Source: an uncultured Acidobacteriota bacterium (GTDB lineage: Bacteria; Acidobacteriota; Vicinamibacteria; Vicinamibacterales; Fen-181). From it: DNA of 64,000 nt. The translations under genes were made by a program, and so were the position numbers. Of this stretch, positions 29,353 through 38,040 are shown one piece after another (the stretch's first letter is position 1; the number at the start of each line of letters is the position of its first letter). Below the pieces are notes generated by a model, which saw only the letters and a program-made list of their open reading frames with translations, was not told the DNA's origin and searched no databases. Location of the stretch: positions 753,764-817,763 of the forward strand of contig CAVUJA010000002.1 of assembly GCA_963741715.1 (NCBI GenBank), given 5' to 3'.

Positions 29353-29488
29353 AAGTTCCTCTCGCGTTGAAGCAGCTGTGGCGAACCGGCGCCGCACGCG
29401 CGGCGCAGAACGCGTCCAGATGGGCGCGGGGTCCTTCCGCCGAGCGGACGGATCCGGCAGTCATCTTCGCAGAACTGGCCCATCCGGT

Positions 29489-32400
29489 TCAAGCATTTAG
29501 GAGATCGGGGCCCCCGGCGGCCAGCGCCCGCCCCGTCGAGGTGCCGGCCCTCGACACCTCCTCGGGCGTGCCGGCGGCCACCACCCGCCCGCCCGCGTCC
29601 CCGCCTTCCGGGCCGAGATCGATCACCCAGTCGGCGGCCCTGACGATGTCGAGGTTGTGCTCGACGACGACCAGCGTGTGGCCGGCGACGACCAGCCGGT
29701 CGAAGAGTTGCTGCAGGCGGTCGACGTCCGCAAAGTGAAGACCAGTCGTGGGTTCGTCGAACAGGAACAGGGTGCGCCCGCTGCGCCGATGCACGAGCTC
29801 GGTGGCCAGCATCAGTCGCTGCCGTTCTCCGCCGGAGAGCGTGTCGGCCCCCTGCCCCAGCCGCAGGTAGCCAAGTCCGAGATCGAGCGGGACCTGGAGG
29901 GGCCCGGCGATGCCGCTGGCGCCCTCGAAGAAGGCCGCCGCCTCGCGAATCGTCATGGCCAGGATGTCCGCGACCGATCGCCCGTCGAGCCGGCACGCGA
30001 GCACGGCCGGCTGGAACCGGCGGCCGCCGCAGTCGTCGCACGGCACCCAGACGTCGGGCAGGAAGTCCATGCTGACGCGGATTCGCCCGGCGCCCTCGCA
30101 GGTCTCGCAGCGCCCGCCCTTCACGTTGGTCGAGAAATGCCGCTTGGCCAGGCCCGCGGCCCTCGCATCCGGCGTGGACGCCAGGCGGTCGCGGACTTCG
30201 TCGAAGACGCCGAGGATCGTCGCCGGAAAGCTCGAGGCGCCGCCGGCAACCGGATCGCGGTCGGCGGCAACCACCCGGGCGAACTCCTCGTGGACGGTCA
30301 CCACCGTCTCGGCGCTGCAGTCGGCGCGGCGGGCCAGCGCGGGCGCGAGCACGTCGAACACCAGCGTGGACTTGCCGCTGCCCGACACGCCGGTGACGGC
30401 GATGAGGCCGCCGGCCGGGATGTCCACGTCGAGGCCCCGCAGATTGTGGCACCAGGCGCTGCGAATGCCGAGGCCCGGGCGCAGTACCCGCCGCGAGCCG
30501 GCCCGCGGCCAATCCTCCCGGTGTGCCTCCCTGCGTGCCAGGCAGCGGCCCGTGAGCGAGCCGGCCGCCGACGCCAGCGAGGCCGGCGGACCGGACGCGA
30601 CGACCCGGCCCCCCTCGTCGCCAGCGCCCGGCCCGAGGTCGATGACGTGGTCGGCTGCCCGGATGACGTCTTCGTCGTGCTCCACGACGACCACCGTGTT
30701 GCCCGCGTCGCGCAGCGCCCCGAGCAGCCCGAGCAGCCGGCCGGTGTCGCGCGGGTGAAGGCCGGCGGTGGGCTCGTCCAGGACGTAGGTGATGCCGGTG
30801 AGCCCCGTTGCGATGCCGGTCGCCAGACTCACCCGCTGCGCCTCGCCGGCCGACAGCGTTCCCGCCGGCCGGTCGAGCGACAGGTAGTCGAGGCCCGCGT
30901 CGGCCAGGCTTCGGAGCCGGGCCGTCACGTCGCGGCGCAGATCTGCGACCGCCTGCCGCTGCCACTCCGCTGCGAGCCGGGCGTCCAGGCCGTCGAAGAA
31001 CGCGAGGCTGTCGCGGACGCTCAGATTCATCAGCTCGGCGATGTTGCGACCGCCCACGCGAACGGCGAGCGCCTCGCGTTTGAGGCGGGTGCCCGCGCAC
31101 GCCGGGCACGGAACGGCGTGCATCAACGGCTCGAGCGCCGCACCCCGCTTGTCGGCGTGCTTCCGCTCGTACTCCCGCTCCACCAGGGCGAGGAGTCCGA
31201 GCCAGGCTCCGCGGAACCGGTGAACGCCCGTCCTCGTGCCGCGGCGGTAGTGCCACTCGACGTCGAGCACGCTCCCGTCGTTGCCCCGCAGCGCCAGGTC
31301 GCGCGCACGGGCGTCCAGTTGCGCCCAGGGCACGGCGAAGTCGATGCCGGCCGCGCCGCCCGCGGCGCGCAGCGTGGCGGCGTGCTGGCCGTCCGGGTCG
31401 CCGTAGAAGCGCCCCGTCCGGTGGCCGTCCATCGCGCCGGCGAGCACCGGGCGGTCGGGGTGAGTCATCAGCTTCGCCGGGTCGCACTCGGTGACGGCGC
31501 CGAGGCCCTTGCAGACCGGGCACGCGCCCTGCTCGGAATTCGGCGAAAAGAAGGTGGAGGTGAGAGGCCTTGCGCTCACACCGATCCGCGCGAACATCAG
31601 CCGGTAGTAGTCTGCGATCTCGGTCATCGTCCCGACCGTGGACCGCGGGTTGCGCGAGGCGGCGCGCTGACGGACGGCGACCGCCGGAGTCAGGCCCGAG
31701 ACCCGCTCGAAGTCCGCGTCGCCGGTCTTCTCCAGGAAGCGCCGCGCGTAGGCGGAATAGCTCTCCGTGAACCGGTTGCGGCCCTCGGCGTACAGCGTGT
31801 CGAACGCCAGCGACGACTTCCCGCTGCCCGACACGCCGGTGACCACGGTCAACTGGTTCGCGGGAAACGCGACGTCGATGTGCTTGAGGTTGTGGGTCGA
31901 GACGCCGGTGAACGCGCACGCAGGGGCAGCCGGGGCCGACCGCTCGCCGGTCGACTCTGGCCGAGCGTCGATCGACCTCCGCGGGGTGTCCGCCGGAAAC
32001 GACGAGGCGCCGGTCCAGCGACCACGGCGCAGGACCGCACCCGTCAGCGACCGCTCGCATCGGGCGATCTCCTCCGGCGTCCCGACCGCCACGAGCCTGC
32101 CGCCGTTTCGGCCGCCGCCGGGGCCGAGGTCGATCACGCGATCCGCCGCGCAAATCACGTCGAGGTGGTGCTCGACGACGACGACGGTGTGGCCCTGGGC
32201 GACGAGCCGGGCGAGGGCTCCGAGCAGCACGCCGACGTCCGCCCGGTGCAGCCCCGTCGTCGGTTCGTCGAGGACGTAGAGCGTGGGGCCGCGCCCCGGG
32301 CGGCTCAACTCCGCGGCCAGCTTGACGCGCTGCGCCTCGCCGCCCGACAGCGTCGTGGAGGGCTGTCCGAGGCGCAGGTAGCCGAGCCCGAGTTCGCAGA

Positions 32401-34399
32401 GCACGCCGAGGATCCGGACGGCGCGGGGGTCGTCCGCCAGCAGCGTCGAGGCCTCCTCGAGCGTGGTCTCGAGCAGGTCGTGGATCGAGCGGCCCTCGAA
32501 CGTCACGGCCAACGTTTCGTCGTTGAAGCGCCTGCCGCCGCAGACGTCGCAGACCACGTCCACCTGCCCGAGGAAGTGCATGCCGATCTGTTGCACGCCG
32601 GCACCCTGGCACGCCTCGCAGCGCCCGCCCGCCACGTTGAACGAGAACCTGCCCTTGCCGAACCCACGCGCGACGGCGGCCGGCTGTGCCGCGAACAGGT
32701 CGCGGACCGCGTCGGAGAGGCCGGTGTAGGTGGCGGGGTTCGACCTCGGCGTCCGGCCGATCGGAGACTGGTCGATGTGGATCACCTTGCCGACGACGTC
32801 GCGGCCCAGCATCCCGCTGGCGACCCTGTCCACCAACTCCTGGACCAGGCTCGATTTCCCCGCCCCAGACACGCCGGTCACGACGTTCAGCGCTCCCAGG
32901 AGGAACTCGACGTCGAGGTGGGCGAGGTTGTGCCGCGCGGCGTCGCGCAGGAGCGCCGATCCCAGCCCGGCGCGGCGTTCGGTCGGCACGATCGGCTCGG
33001 CGTCGCCGCACAGAAACGCGCGGGTCCTGCTTCGCGAATCGGCCGAATCGATCGCCGAGACCGGTCCGCTGAAGAGCAGTTCCCCGCCGTGGTCGCCGGC
33101 TCCGGGTCCGATGTCGATCAGCCAGTCCGCCCGCCGCATGGTCTCGTCGTCGTGTTCGACGACGAGCACCGTGTTGCCGCGGTCGCGGAGCAGTTCGAGC
33201 ACGTCGAGGAGTCGAGCCTGCTCGGCCGGGTGGAGGCCGATCGACGGCTCGTCGAAGACGTAGAGGACGCCTCGCAGCTCCGCACCCACCTGCGAGGCCA
33301 ACCGCAGGCGCTGCGCCTCTCCACCCGACAGCGAGGTCGAGACGCGGTCGAGCGTGAGGTGTCCCAGGCCCAGGCGGTCGAGGGTGGCGACCCTCGTCCG
33401 CATGTCCGCGCGAATCGCGTCGCCAACCGGCGCCTCCGCCGGCGAGAAGGCGAGGGTGTCGAGGAACCCCGCCAACTCGTCGATCGCGAATGCCGCGACC
33501 TGCCCGATGTGCCACCCGCGAAAACGGACCGACAGCGCCTCGGGGCGCAGCCTCGTCCCGCCGCAGGCGTGGCAGGGCAGGCTACGAACGAACCGGAGGA
33601 TGTTCCTGTTCCGGCTGCGCCGCAGGATCTGCTCCATCACCGGGAGGATGCCCTTGTAGACGCCCTCCTCGCGAGGCTTCGCCGTGATGCCGCTCCAGCG
33701 CATCCGCGATGCGAGCGGGTGCTTCCCGTAGGGGATCCGGATCGCGTCCGAACCGTTCAGGACGATCGCGCGCTGCTCGTCGGTCAGGTCGCGCCACGGG
33801 GTGTCGACGTCGAAGCCGTGCGCGCGGCAAACCTCGTCCAGCACGTCGATCGTGACCTGCGAGTAGATCACGTAGCCGGTCGGCGTCGTAATGACCAGCG
33901 CACCCTGGCGAATGGTCCTCGAGGGGTCGGCAACCAGCAGATCGGGATCGAGGCGATCCTCGAGGCCGAGCCCGTTGCAGACCGGGCACGCGCCGATCGG
34001 TGAGTTGAACGAGAAGAGCCGGCGCTCGACGGCCAGCCCGGGAGGCGCCTCGCCCAGGCGCGCGAACAGCAGCCGCAGGTCGTCGTACAGCCCCGTCAGC
34101 GTGCCGACGGTCGATCGCGGGCTCCTCAACGTCGTCTTCTGATCGACGGCGATCGCGGGCGACAGCCCCGAGATCGTCCGCACGGCCGGCCTGGCGGCCC
34201 GGCCCAGGAACTGCCGCGCGTACGACGAGAAGCTCTCGAGGTAGCGGCGTTGCGCCTCGCGGCAGATGGTGTCGAAGGCGAGCGAGGACTTGCCGGAGCC
34301 CGACACCCCGGTCACGACGGTCAGCGCGCCGCGCGGAAGATCGACGTCGATGGCCTTGAGGTTGTGTTCGCTGGCGCCGCGGACGGCGATGACCTTCAC
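29489..34399 (-). CDS. Tandem-duplicated UvrA paralog (four ABC ATPase modules, no UvrB-binding domain)
   Basis: Four Walker A sites: VTGVSGSGKSSLAFDT, VTGVSGAGKSSLVQEL, VTGVSGSGKSSLAFDT, VTGVSGSGKSTLVFDV. Four signatures: LSGGEAQRLRLA, LSGGEAQRVKLA, LSAGEAQRVSLA, LSGGERQRLMLA. UvrA Zn modules are present. In each half LLFARLG/MFARIG runs almost directly into the FSFNSP/FSPNS..GACPVC motif. A GTG at 34399 gives the canonical MKVIAVRGA..HNLK N-terminus; the ORF-track ATG is at 34462. Confidence 0.9.
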   Translation of the reverse strand: MKVIAVRGASEHNLKAIDVDLPRGALTVVTGVSGSGKSSLAFDTICREAQRRYLESFSSYARQFLGRAARPAVRTISGLSPAIAVDQKTTLRSPRSTVGTLTGLYDDLRLLFARLGEAPPGLAVERRLFSFNSPIGACPVCNGLGLEDRLDPDLLVADPSRTIRQGALVITTPTGYVIYSQVTIDVLDEVCRAHGFDVDTPWRDLTDEQRAIVLNGSDAIRIPYGKHPLASRMRWSGITAKPREEGVYKGILPVMEQILRRSRNRNILRFVRSLPCHACGGTRLRPEALSVRFRGWHIGQVAAFAIDELAGFLDTLAFSPAEAPVGDAIRADMRTRVATLDRLGLGHLTLDRVSTSLSGGEAQRLRLASQVGAELRGVLYVFDEPSIGLHPAEQARLLDVLELLRDRGNTVLVVEHDDETMRRADWLIDIGPGAGDHGGELLFSGPVSAIDSADSRSRTRAFLCGDAEPIVPTERRAGLGSALLRDAARHNLAHLDVEFLLGALNVVTGVSGAGKSSLVQELVDRVASGMLGRDVVGKVIHIDQSPIGRTPRSNPATYTGLSDAVRDLFAAQPAAVARGFGKGRFSFNVAGGRCEACQGAGVQQIGMHFLGQVDVVCDVCGGRRFNDETLAVTFEGRSIHDLLETTLEEASTLLADDPRAVRILGVLCELGLGYLRLGQPSTTLSGGEAQRVKLAAELSRPGRGPTLYVLDEPTTGLHRADVGVLLGALARLVAQGHTVVVVEHHLDVICAADRVIDLGPGGGRNGGRLVAVGTPEEIARCERSLTGAVLRRGRWTGASSFPADTPRRSIDARPESTGERSAPAAPACAFTGVSTHNLKHIDVAFPANQLTVVTGVSGSGKSSLAFDTLYAEGRNRFTESYSAYARRFLEKTGDADFERVSGLTPAVAVRQRAASRNPRSTVGTMTEIADYYRLMFARIGVSARPLTSTFFSPNSEQGACPVCKGLGAVTECDPAKLMTHPDRPVLAGAMDGHRTGRFYGDPDGQHAATLRAAGGAAGIDFAVPWAQLDARARDLALRGNDGSVLDVEWHYRRGTRTGVHRFRGAWLGLLALVEREYERKHADKRGAALEPLMHAVPCPACAGTRLKREALAVRVGGRNIAELMNLSVRDSLAFFDGLDARLAAEWQRQAVADLRRDVTARLRSLADAGLDYLSLDRPAGTLSAGEAQRVSLATGIATGLTGITYVLDEPTAGLHPRDTGRLLGLLGALRDAGNTVVVVEHDEDVIRAADHVIDLGPGAGDEGGRVVASGPPASLASAAGSLTGRCLARREAHREDWPRAGSRRVLRPGLGIRSAWCHNLRGLDVDIPAGGLIAVTGVSGSGKSTLVFDVLAPALARRADCSAETVVTVHEEFARVVAADRDPVAGGASSFPATILGVFDEVRDRLASTPDARAAGLAKRHFSTNVKGGRCETCEGAGRIRVSMDFLPDVWVPCDDCGGRRFQPAVLACRLDGRSVADILAMTIREAAAFFEGASGIAGPLQVPLDLGLGYLRLGQGADTLSGGERQRLMLATELVHRRSGRTLFLFDEPTTGLHFADVDRLQQLFDRLVVAGHTLVVVEHNLDIVRAADWVIDLGPEGGDAGGRVVAAGTPEEVSRAGTSTGRALAAGGPDLLNA

Positions 34400-34514
34400 C
34401 CGCTCATTGTACGCGGAGCGCCGGGCCAGCCTCGAGCCGGTCGGCGCCGTCCCGCGCGGCACCTCGGCAAGCCGTAACCGGCTTGCGGCGCGCGACCTGC
34501 GGCTGGCGGCCGGG

Positions 34515-35267
34515 TCACCCGCGCCCGCCGGCGCGACCGTCCTGCGCCTGCGCCTCCCGCAGCCGGCGTTCGAGCAGAAACGCCTTGGGAAACAGGATGT
34601 TGTTTTCGAGGTGGACGTGCTGGTGCAGGTCCGCCTCGAACGCCTGAAGTTCCTGGTACGTCACCCTGAACGTCGTGCACGCGTCGGGCGGCGGCGCGTA
34701 GCCGCCGCTGAGCAGTCGAATCGAGGCCAGCTCGTCGCCCGCGGCCTGGTGCTCGATCTCCATCATGCGAATCGGGTTCGCCACCGAGCCGAACGGCGCG
34801 AACGGCGCCGCTTCACCGCGCCCCGCGGCGACCAGGCCCTCGATGTAGGGGAAGAGCATCTGCTCCTCCTTGGCCATGTGCCGCGTCAACTCGGCGGCGA
34901 CGTGCTCGAACCGCTCGGCAATCGCCGTGACCTCGGGGTGCCGCTCGCCGTGCACCTCCGCGACCTTCCGCGTGTGCCCGCGCAGCGTCGGGATGGCCTG
35001 CCTCAGGTAGCCGTGATGGTTGCTCACGATGTAGCCGATGAGGAAGTCGAGGTCCCAGCTGTTGAAGCGCGGCAGGCCCGGCTGCGCCGGAGCCAGTGCC
35101 GCCTCGAGTTCCGCCTCGAGGGCCGCCTCGTCCACGCCCAGCTCACGGCAGGCGTCGGCCACCGGGCGGTTGCCGCCGCAGCAGAAATCGATGCCGTGCC
35201 GCTCGAAGACGGACGCCGCGCGAAAGTCGTCGGCGACGATGCTGCGAATCGTCGTGTTGGTGTCCAT
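34515..35267 (-). CDS. ytfE: Iron-sulfur cluster repair di-iron protein (RIC/YtfE/ScdA family)
   Basis: ATG at 35267 after GGAGAGAGG. ScdA_N motif HGIDFCCGG and hemerythrin-like His/Glu ligand regions (HHGYL, HMAKEEQMLFP, EHQAAGDEL, HVHLENNILFP). Confidence 0.9.
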   Translation of the reverse strand: MDTNTTIRSIVADDFRAASVFERHGIDFCCGGNRPVADACRELGVDEAALEAELEAALAPAQPGLPRFNSWDLDFLIGYIVSNHHGYLRQAIPTLRGHTRKVAEVHGERHPEVTAIAERFEHVAAELTRHMAKEEQMLFPYIEGLVAAGRGEAAPFAPFGSVANPIRMMEIEHQAAGDELASIRLLSGGYAPPPDACTTFRVTYQELQAFEADLHQHVHLENNILFPKAFLLERRLREAQAQDGRAGGRG

Positions 35268-35365
35268 GTGCCTCTCTCCAAGGCGTTCGATTGTCCGGCT
35301 GCCCGTTCCGGCGCCGCCCAGCCGCTCTCGGCCAGAGAAGCCGGAAGCCGACCAAAGGCCGTTCG

Positions 35366-35998
35366 TCAAGGCGCCGTCCGCACATCGCGGCCGTGCCACA
35401 AGATCTTCCCGTCGGCGATTTCGAGGGCGCCCTGCTGCTCCATCGCCTTGATCGAGCGCACCACCGTCTCGACCCGCAAGCCCGTCATGTCGGCGAGCTG
35501 CTGGCGCGTGAACGGCACGCGGTACGGCTGCGCCGAGCCGGCCGCGGCCGTCGAGCGGAAGTACTCGATGAGCGTCGCCAATCGGTGCTCGGCCTCCTCG
35601 ACCGCAATCTCCGCGAGCATCATCGACTTGTAGACGAGCCGGCCGCTCAGCACCTTGGTCAGCTCGAGGTGGATCGCCGGGTGGTCGGCCAGCAGCCGGA
35701 GAAACCCCTCTCGCCCGCACCGCCACACCTCGCTATCGGTCACGGCGATGGCCGCGGCCGGGTACGGCACGTCGTTGAAGAAGGGCGGCTCGCCGAAGCT
35801 CTGGCCTTCGGTGAAGAGGCCCTGCACGAACTCGCGGCCGTGCTCGTTGAAGCTGACCATCTTCACGCGCCCGCTCTTCACCTGGTAGAAGCTGCTGGCC
35901 GTCATGCCCTGGTCGAAGAGCGTCTCGCCCTTGGCCAGGTGCACGACCCGGGCGCCATATCGCTGCCAGAGATCGTCGGGGATCATCGCCGTTGACAT
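35366..35998 (-). CDS. Crp/Fnr family transcriptional regulator (no N-terminal Fe-S cysteine cluster)
   Basis: cNMP-binding-like beta roll (FYQVKSGRVKMVSFNEHGREFVQGLFTEGQSFGE) and C-terminal HTH (FTRQQLADMTGLRVETVVRSIKAMEQQG). Only one Cys, so not FNR-type. It is adjacent to ytfE. Confidence 0.9.
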   Translation of the reverse strand: MSTAMIPDDLWQRYGARVVHLAKGETLFDQGMTASSFYQVKSGRVKMVSFNEHGREFVQGLFTEGQSFGEPPFFNDVPYPAAAIAVTDSEVWRCGREGFLRLLADHPAIHLELTKVLSGRLVYKSMMLAEIAVEEAEHRLATLIEYFRSTAAAGSAQPYRVPFTRQQLADMTGLRVETVVRSIKAMEQQGALEIADGKILWHGRDVRTAP

Positions 35999-36026
35999 GA
36001 GTGTAGGCCTGGCGACGGGACGAGTT

Positions 36027-36042
36027 TATGACCTGGGTCACA
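36027..36042. promoter_or_regulatory. Candidate Crp-family operator tATGA-N6-TCACA upstream of the Crp/Fnr gene
   Basis: TATGACCTGGGTCACA matches 9/10 of TGTGA-N6-TCACA. It is centred about 36 nt upstream of the regulator ATG at 35998, so it overlaps the core promoter and suggests autoregulation. Confidence 0.4.
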
Positions 36043-36109
36043 TGCGGGCCGCACCTGATCGCGATGGCGGCCCCTGAAGGAGAGATTGTCCGGACCGATT
36101 GGCGATGCC

Positions 36110-36910
36110 CTACTTCCCCACAATCGACAGCGCGACCAGGGGGTTCCGGCCTCGGCGTTCGATCGAGTAGCCGACGCCGCGCGGCACCACGACCAGCGCG
36201 CCGGCATCGAGGGAGAGGTCGCGTCCCTTCGCGTGCAGCACCCCTTCGCCCGCAATCACGTAGAGCATCTCGTCGGCGTCGTTGTGCAGGCGGTCCTTGA
36301 GCGGCTCCCGCACCTGGACGACGGTGGCCGTCGTGACGGGCGTCTTCCCCACCGTCGTTTCCTTCAGCGGATCGCTGCGGCCGATGAGGTTCCGCTCGAT
36401 CCAGTCCGGCAACTCCACCATCTCCACGTTCGCGTTGGGATCGGCGGCCACGGGCGCGCGGCCGGCGCTCGGCGCCGGCGAGGTCGGCGCCTCGGGCTCT
36501 GCCGGCTTCGGCTTCGGCGGTTCGCGGTCGAGGGCCACGTCGATCTCGGCCAACGGACCCGCCTTGATCGCCACGTCGCGCTCGAGCGTCACGAAGTCGC
36601 GCGACTCGAAGCGCAAGCGGTAGGCTCCCGGCCGGAGTCCCTGCAGCCGCAGCACGCCGTCGCGGCCCGTGGCCCCCTCCCTCGTCACCGGTCCCGTCAC
36701 GGTTACCTGAACGTCCGGGACGCTGGTCCCCGACTGGTCGGTCACCATGATCGCCGCCGATACCCTCGCGGCAGCGGGCGCCGCTGTCGCGGCGCGCGGC
36801 GGAGAGGCCGGCGGCTTCGGCGCGACGACGGGCGCCGGCGGCGGGACCTGTGCGGGAGGCTGCGCGGACTGGGCCGCGGCACCGGCCGCGACGACGGCCA
36901 GGAGAAACAC
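36110..36910 (-). CDS. Secreted CarboxypepD_reg-like plus cupin domain protein
   Basis: IMVTDQSGTSVPDVQVTVTG...GAYRLRF is CarboxypepD_reg-like. The C-terminal cupin reads HNDADEMLYVIAGEGVLHAKGRDLSLDAGALVVVPRGVGY. GTG start at 36910. A better ATG+RBS at 36941 is out of frame by one nt (see findings). Confidence 0.75.
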   Translation of the reverse strand: MFLLAVVAAGAAAQSAQPPAQVPPPAPVVAPKPPASPPRAATAAPAAARVSAAIMVTDQSGTSVPDVQVTVTGPVTREGATGRDGVLRLQGLRPGAYRLRFESRDFVTLERDVAIKAGPLAEIDVALDREPPKPKPAEPEAPTSPAPSAGRAPVAADPNANVEMVELPDWIERNLIGRSDPLKETTVGKTPVTTATVVQVREPLKDRLHNDADEMLYVIAGEGVLHAKGRDLSLDAGALVVVPRGVGYSIERRGRNPLVALSIVGK

Positions 36911-37068
36911 GGCGAGGACGGTCGTGCAAGCCGATCTCCATCTTGGTGTCTCCAGGTTTCTTCTCAGTCGATTGTAGTCCGCGGTCAGCCGGCCTGTCTC
37001 GTCCGGCCGACAGCCGAGGCGGCCGGCGGCTTGACACGCTCACGCGCATCAGCACACGATTCGAAACC

Positions 37069-38040
37069 ATGTCCTCGCCCGCCAGCGTCTTCGCCCCGGC
37101 CAGCGCCAGCAACCTCGGCCCTGGGTTCGACGTGCTCGGCCTGGCCCTGCCCGAGCCCGGAGACGTCGTCACTGCCGAGTTCATGGACGCGCCAGGGCTG
37201 GAAATCGCGGAGATCACCGGAGACGGGGGACTCTTGAGCCGGGACCCGGCGCAGAATGTCGCCGGGGTGGCGGCGCGGTCCGTGCTCTCGCACCTCGCCG
37301 TCGAGGGCGGGTACCCGGCCGCGGGCTCGTTCCCGGGCGTCCGGCTGCGCGTGCACAAGCAAATGCCGCTGTCGAGCGGCCTCGGCGGTTCCGCCGCGAG
37401 CAGCGTGGCCGGCGCGATGGCGGTCAACGAACTGCTCGACCGGCCGCTCTCGAAGCGCGATCTTCTCGTCCACGCGCTCGCCGGCGAACGCGCCGCGTCG
37501 GGTTCCGCGCACGCCGACAATGCGGCGCCCAGCCTGCTCGGCGGCTTCGTGCTGGTCCGAACCTGCGACCCGCTCGAGGTCCTGGAGCTGCCGGTCCCGC
37601 CGGCGCTCCGCGTCACGCTCGTCCACCCGCACTGCCGAGTAGAAACGGCACAGGCGCGGGCGATGCTGCGGGGACACGGGTTCCCCATCGAGCACGCCGT
37701 GGCGAACCTCGGGAACATGGGAGCGCTCGTCGCCGGTCTGTACCGCGGCGATCTGGAGCTCATCGGCCGGTCGATCGAAGACCGGCTGGTCGAACCGCTC
37801 CGGGCGTCGCTCGTGCCCGGATACGCGGCGGTCAAGGCCGCCGCCCTCCGCGCAGGCGCCCTCGGCTGCTCGATGTCGGGCTCGGGTCCCTCGCTCTTCG
37901 CGTTCAGCGACAGCGACACCACCGCCGCCCGCGTGGCCGCGGCGATGCGCGACGCGTTCCGCGACGTCGCCGGCCTCGACAGCGACGGTTACACCGGCGC
38001 GGTCAACACCAACGGCGCCTGCCGGCTCGACTGCCCATGA
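37069..38040 (+). CDS. thrB: Homoserine kinase
   Basis: ASASNLGPGFDVLG and GHMP-kinase motif PLSSGLGGSAASSVAG. Followed by thrC with an ATGA overlap. Confidence 0.95.
   Translation: MSSPASVFAPASASNLGPGFDVLGLALPEPGDVVTAEFMDAPGLEIAEITGDGGLLSRDPAQNVAGVAARSVLSHLAVEGGYPAAGSFPGVRLRVHKQMPLSSGLGGSAASSVAGAMAVNELLDRPLSKRDLLVHALAGERAASGSAHADNAAPSLLGGFVLVRTCDPLEVLELPVPPALRVTLVHPHCRVETAQARAMLRGHGFPIEHAVANLGNMGALVAGLYRGDLELIGRSIEDRLVEPLRASLVPGYAAVKAAALRAGALGCSMSGSGPSLFAFSDSDTTAARVAAAMRDAFRDVAGLDSDGYTGAVNTNGACRLDCP

Noticed and set aside
34463-34514. Treating the ATG at 34462 as the certain UvrA-paralog start.
   Set aside because: The 21 codons after it (MPRGTAPTGSRLARRSAYNER) have no counterpart in UvrA N-termini. 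The GTG at 34399 reproduces the canonical M-K-x-I-x-V-R-G-A start. This remains uncertain, so both are mentioned.
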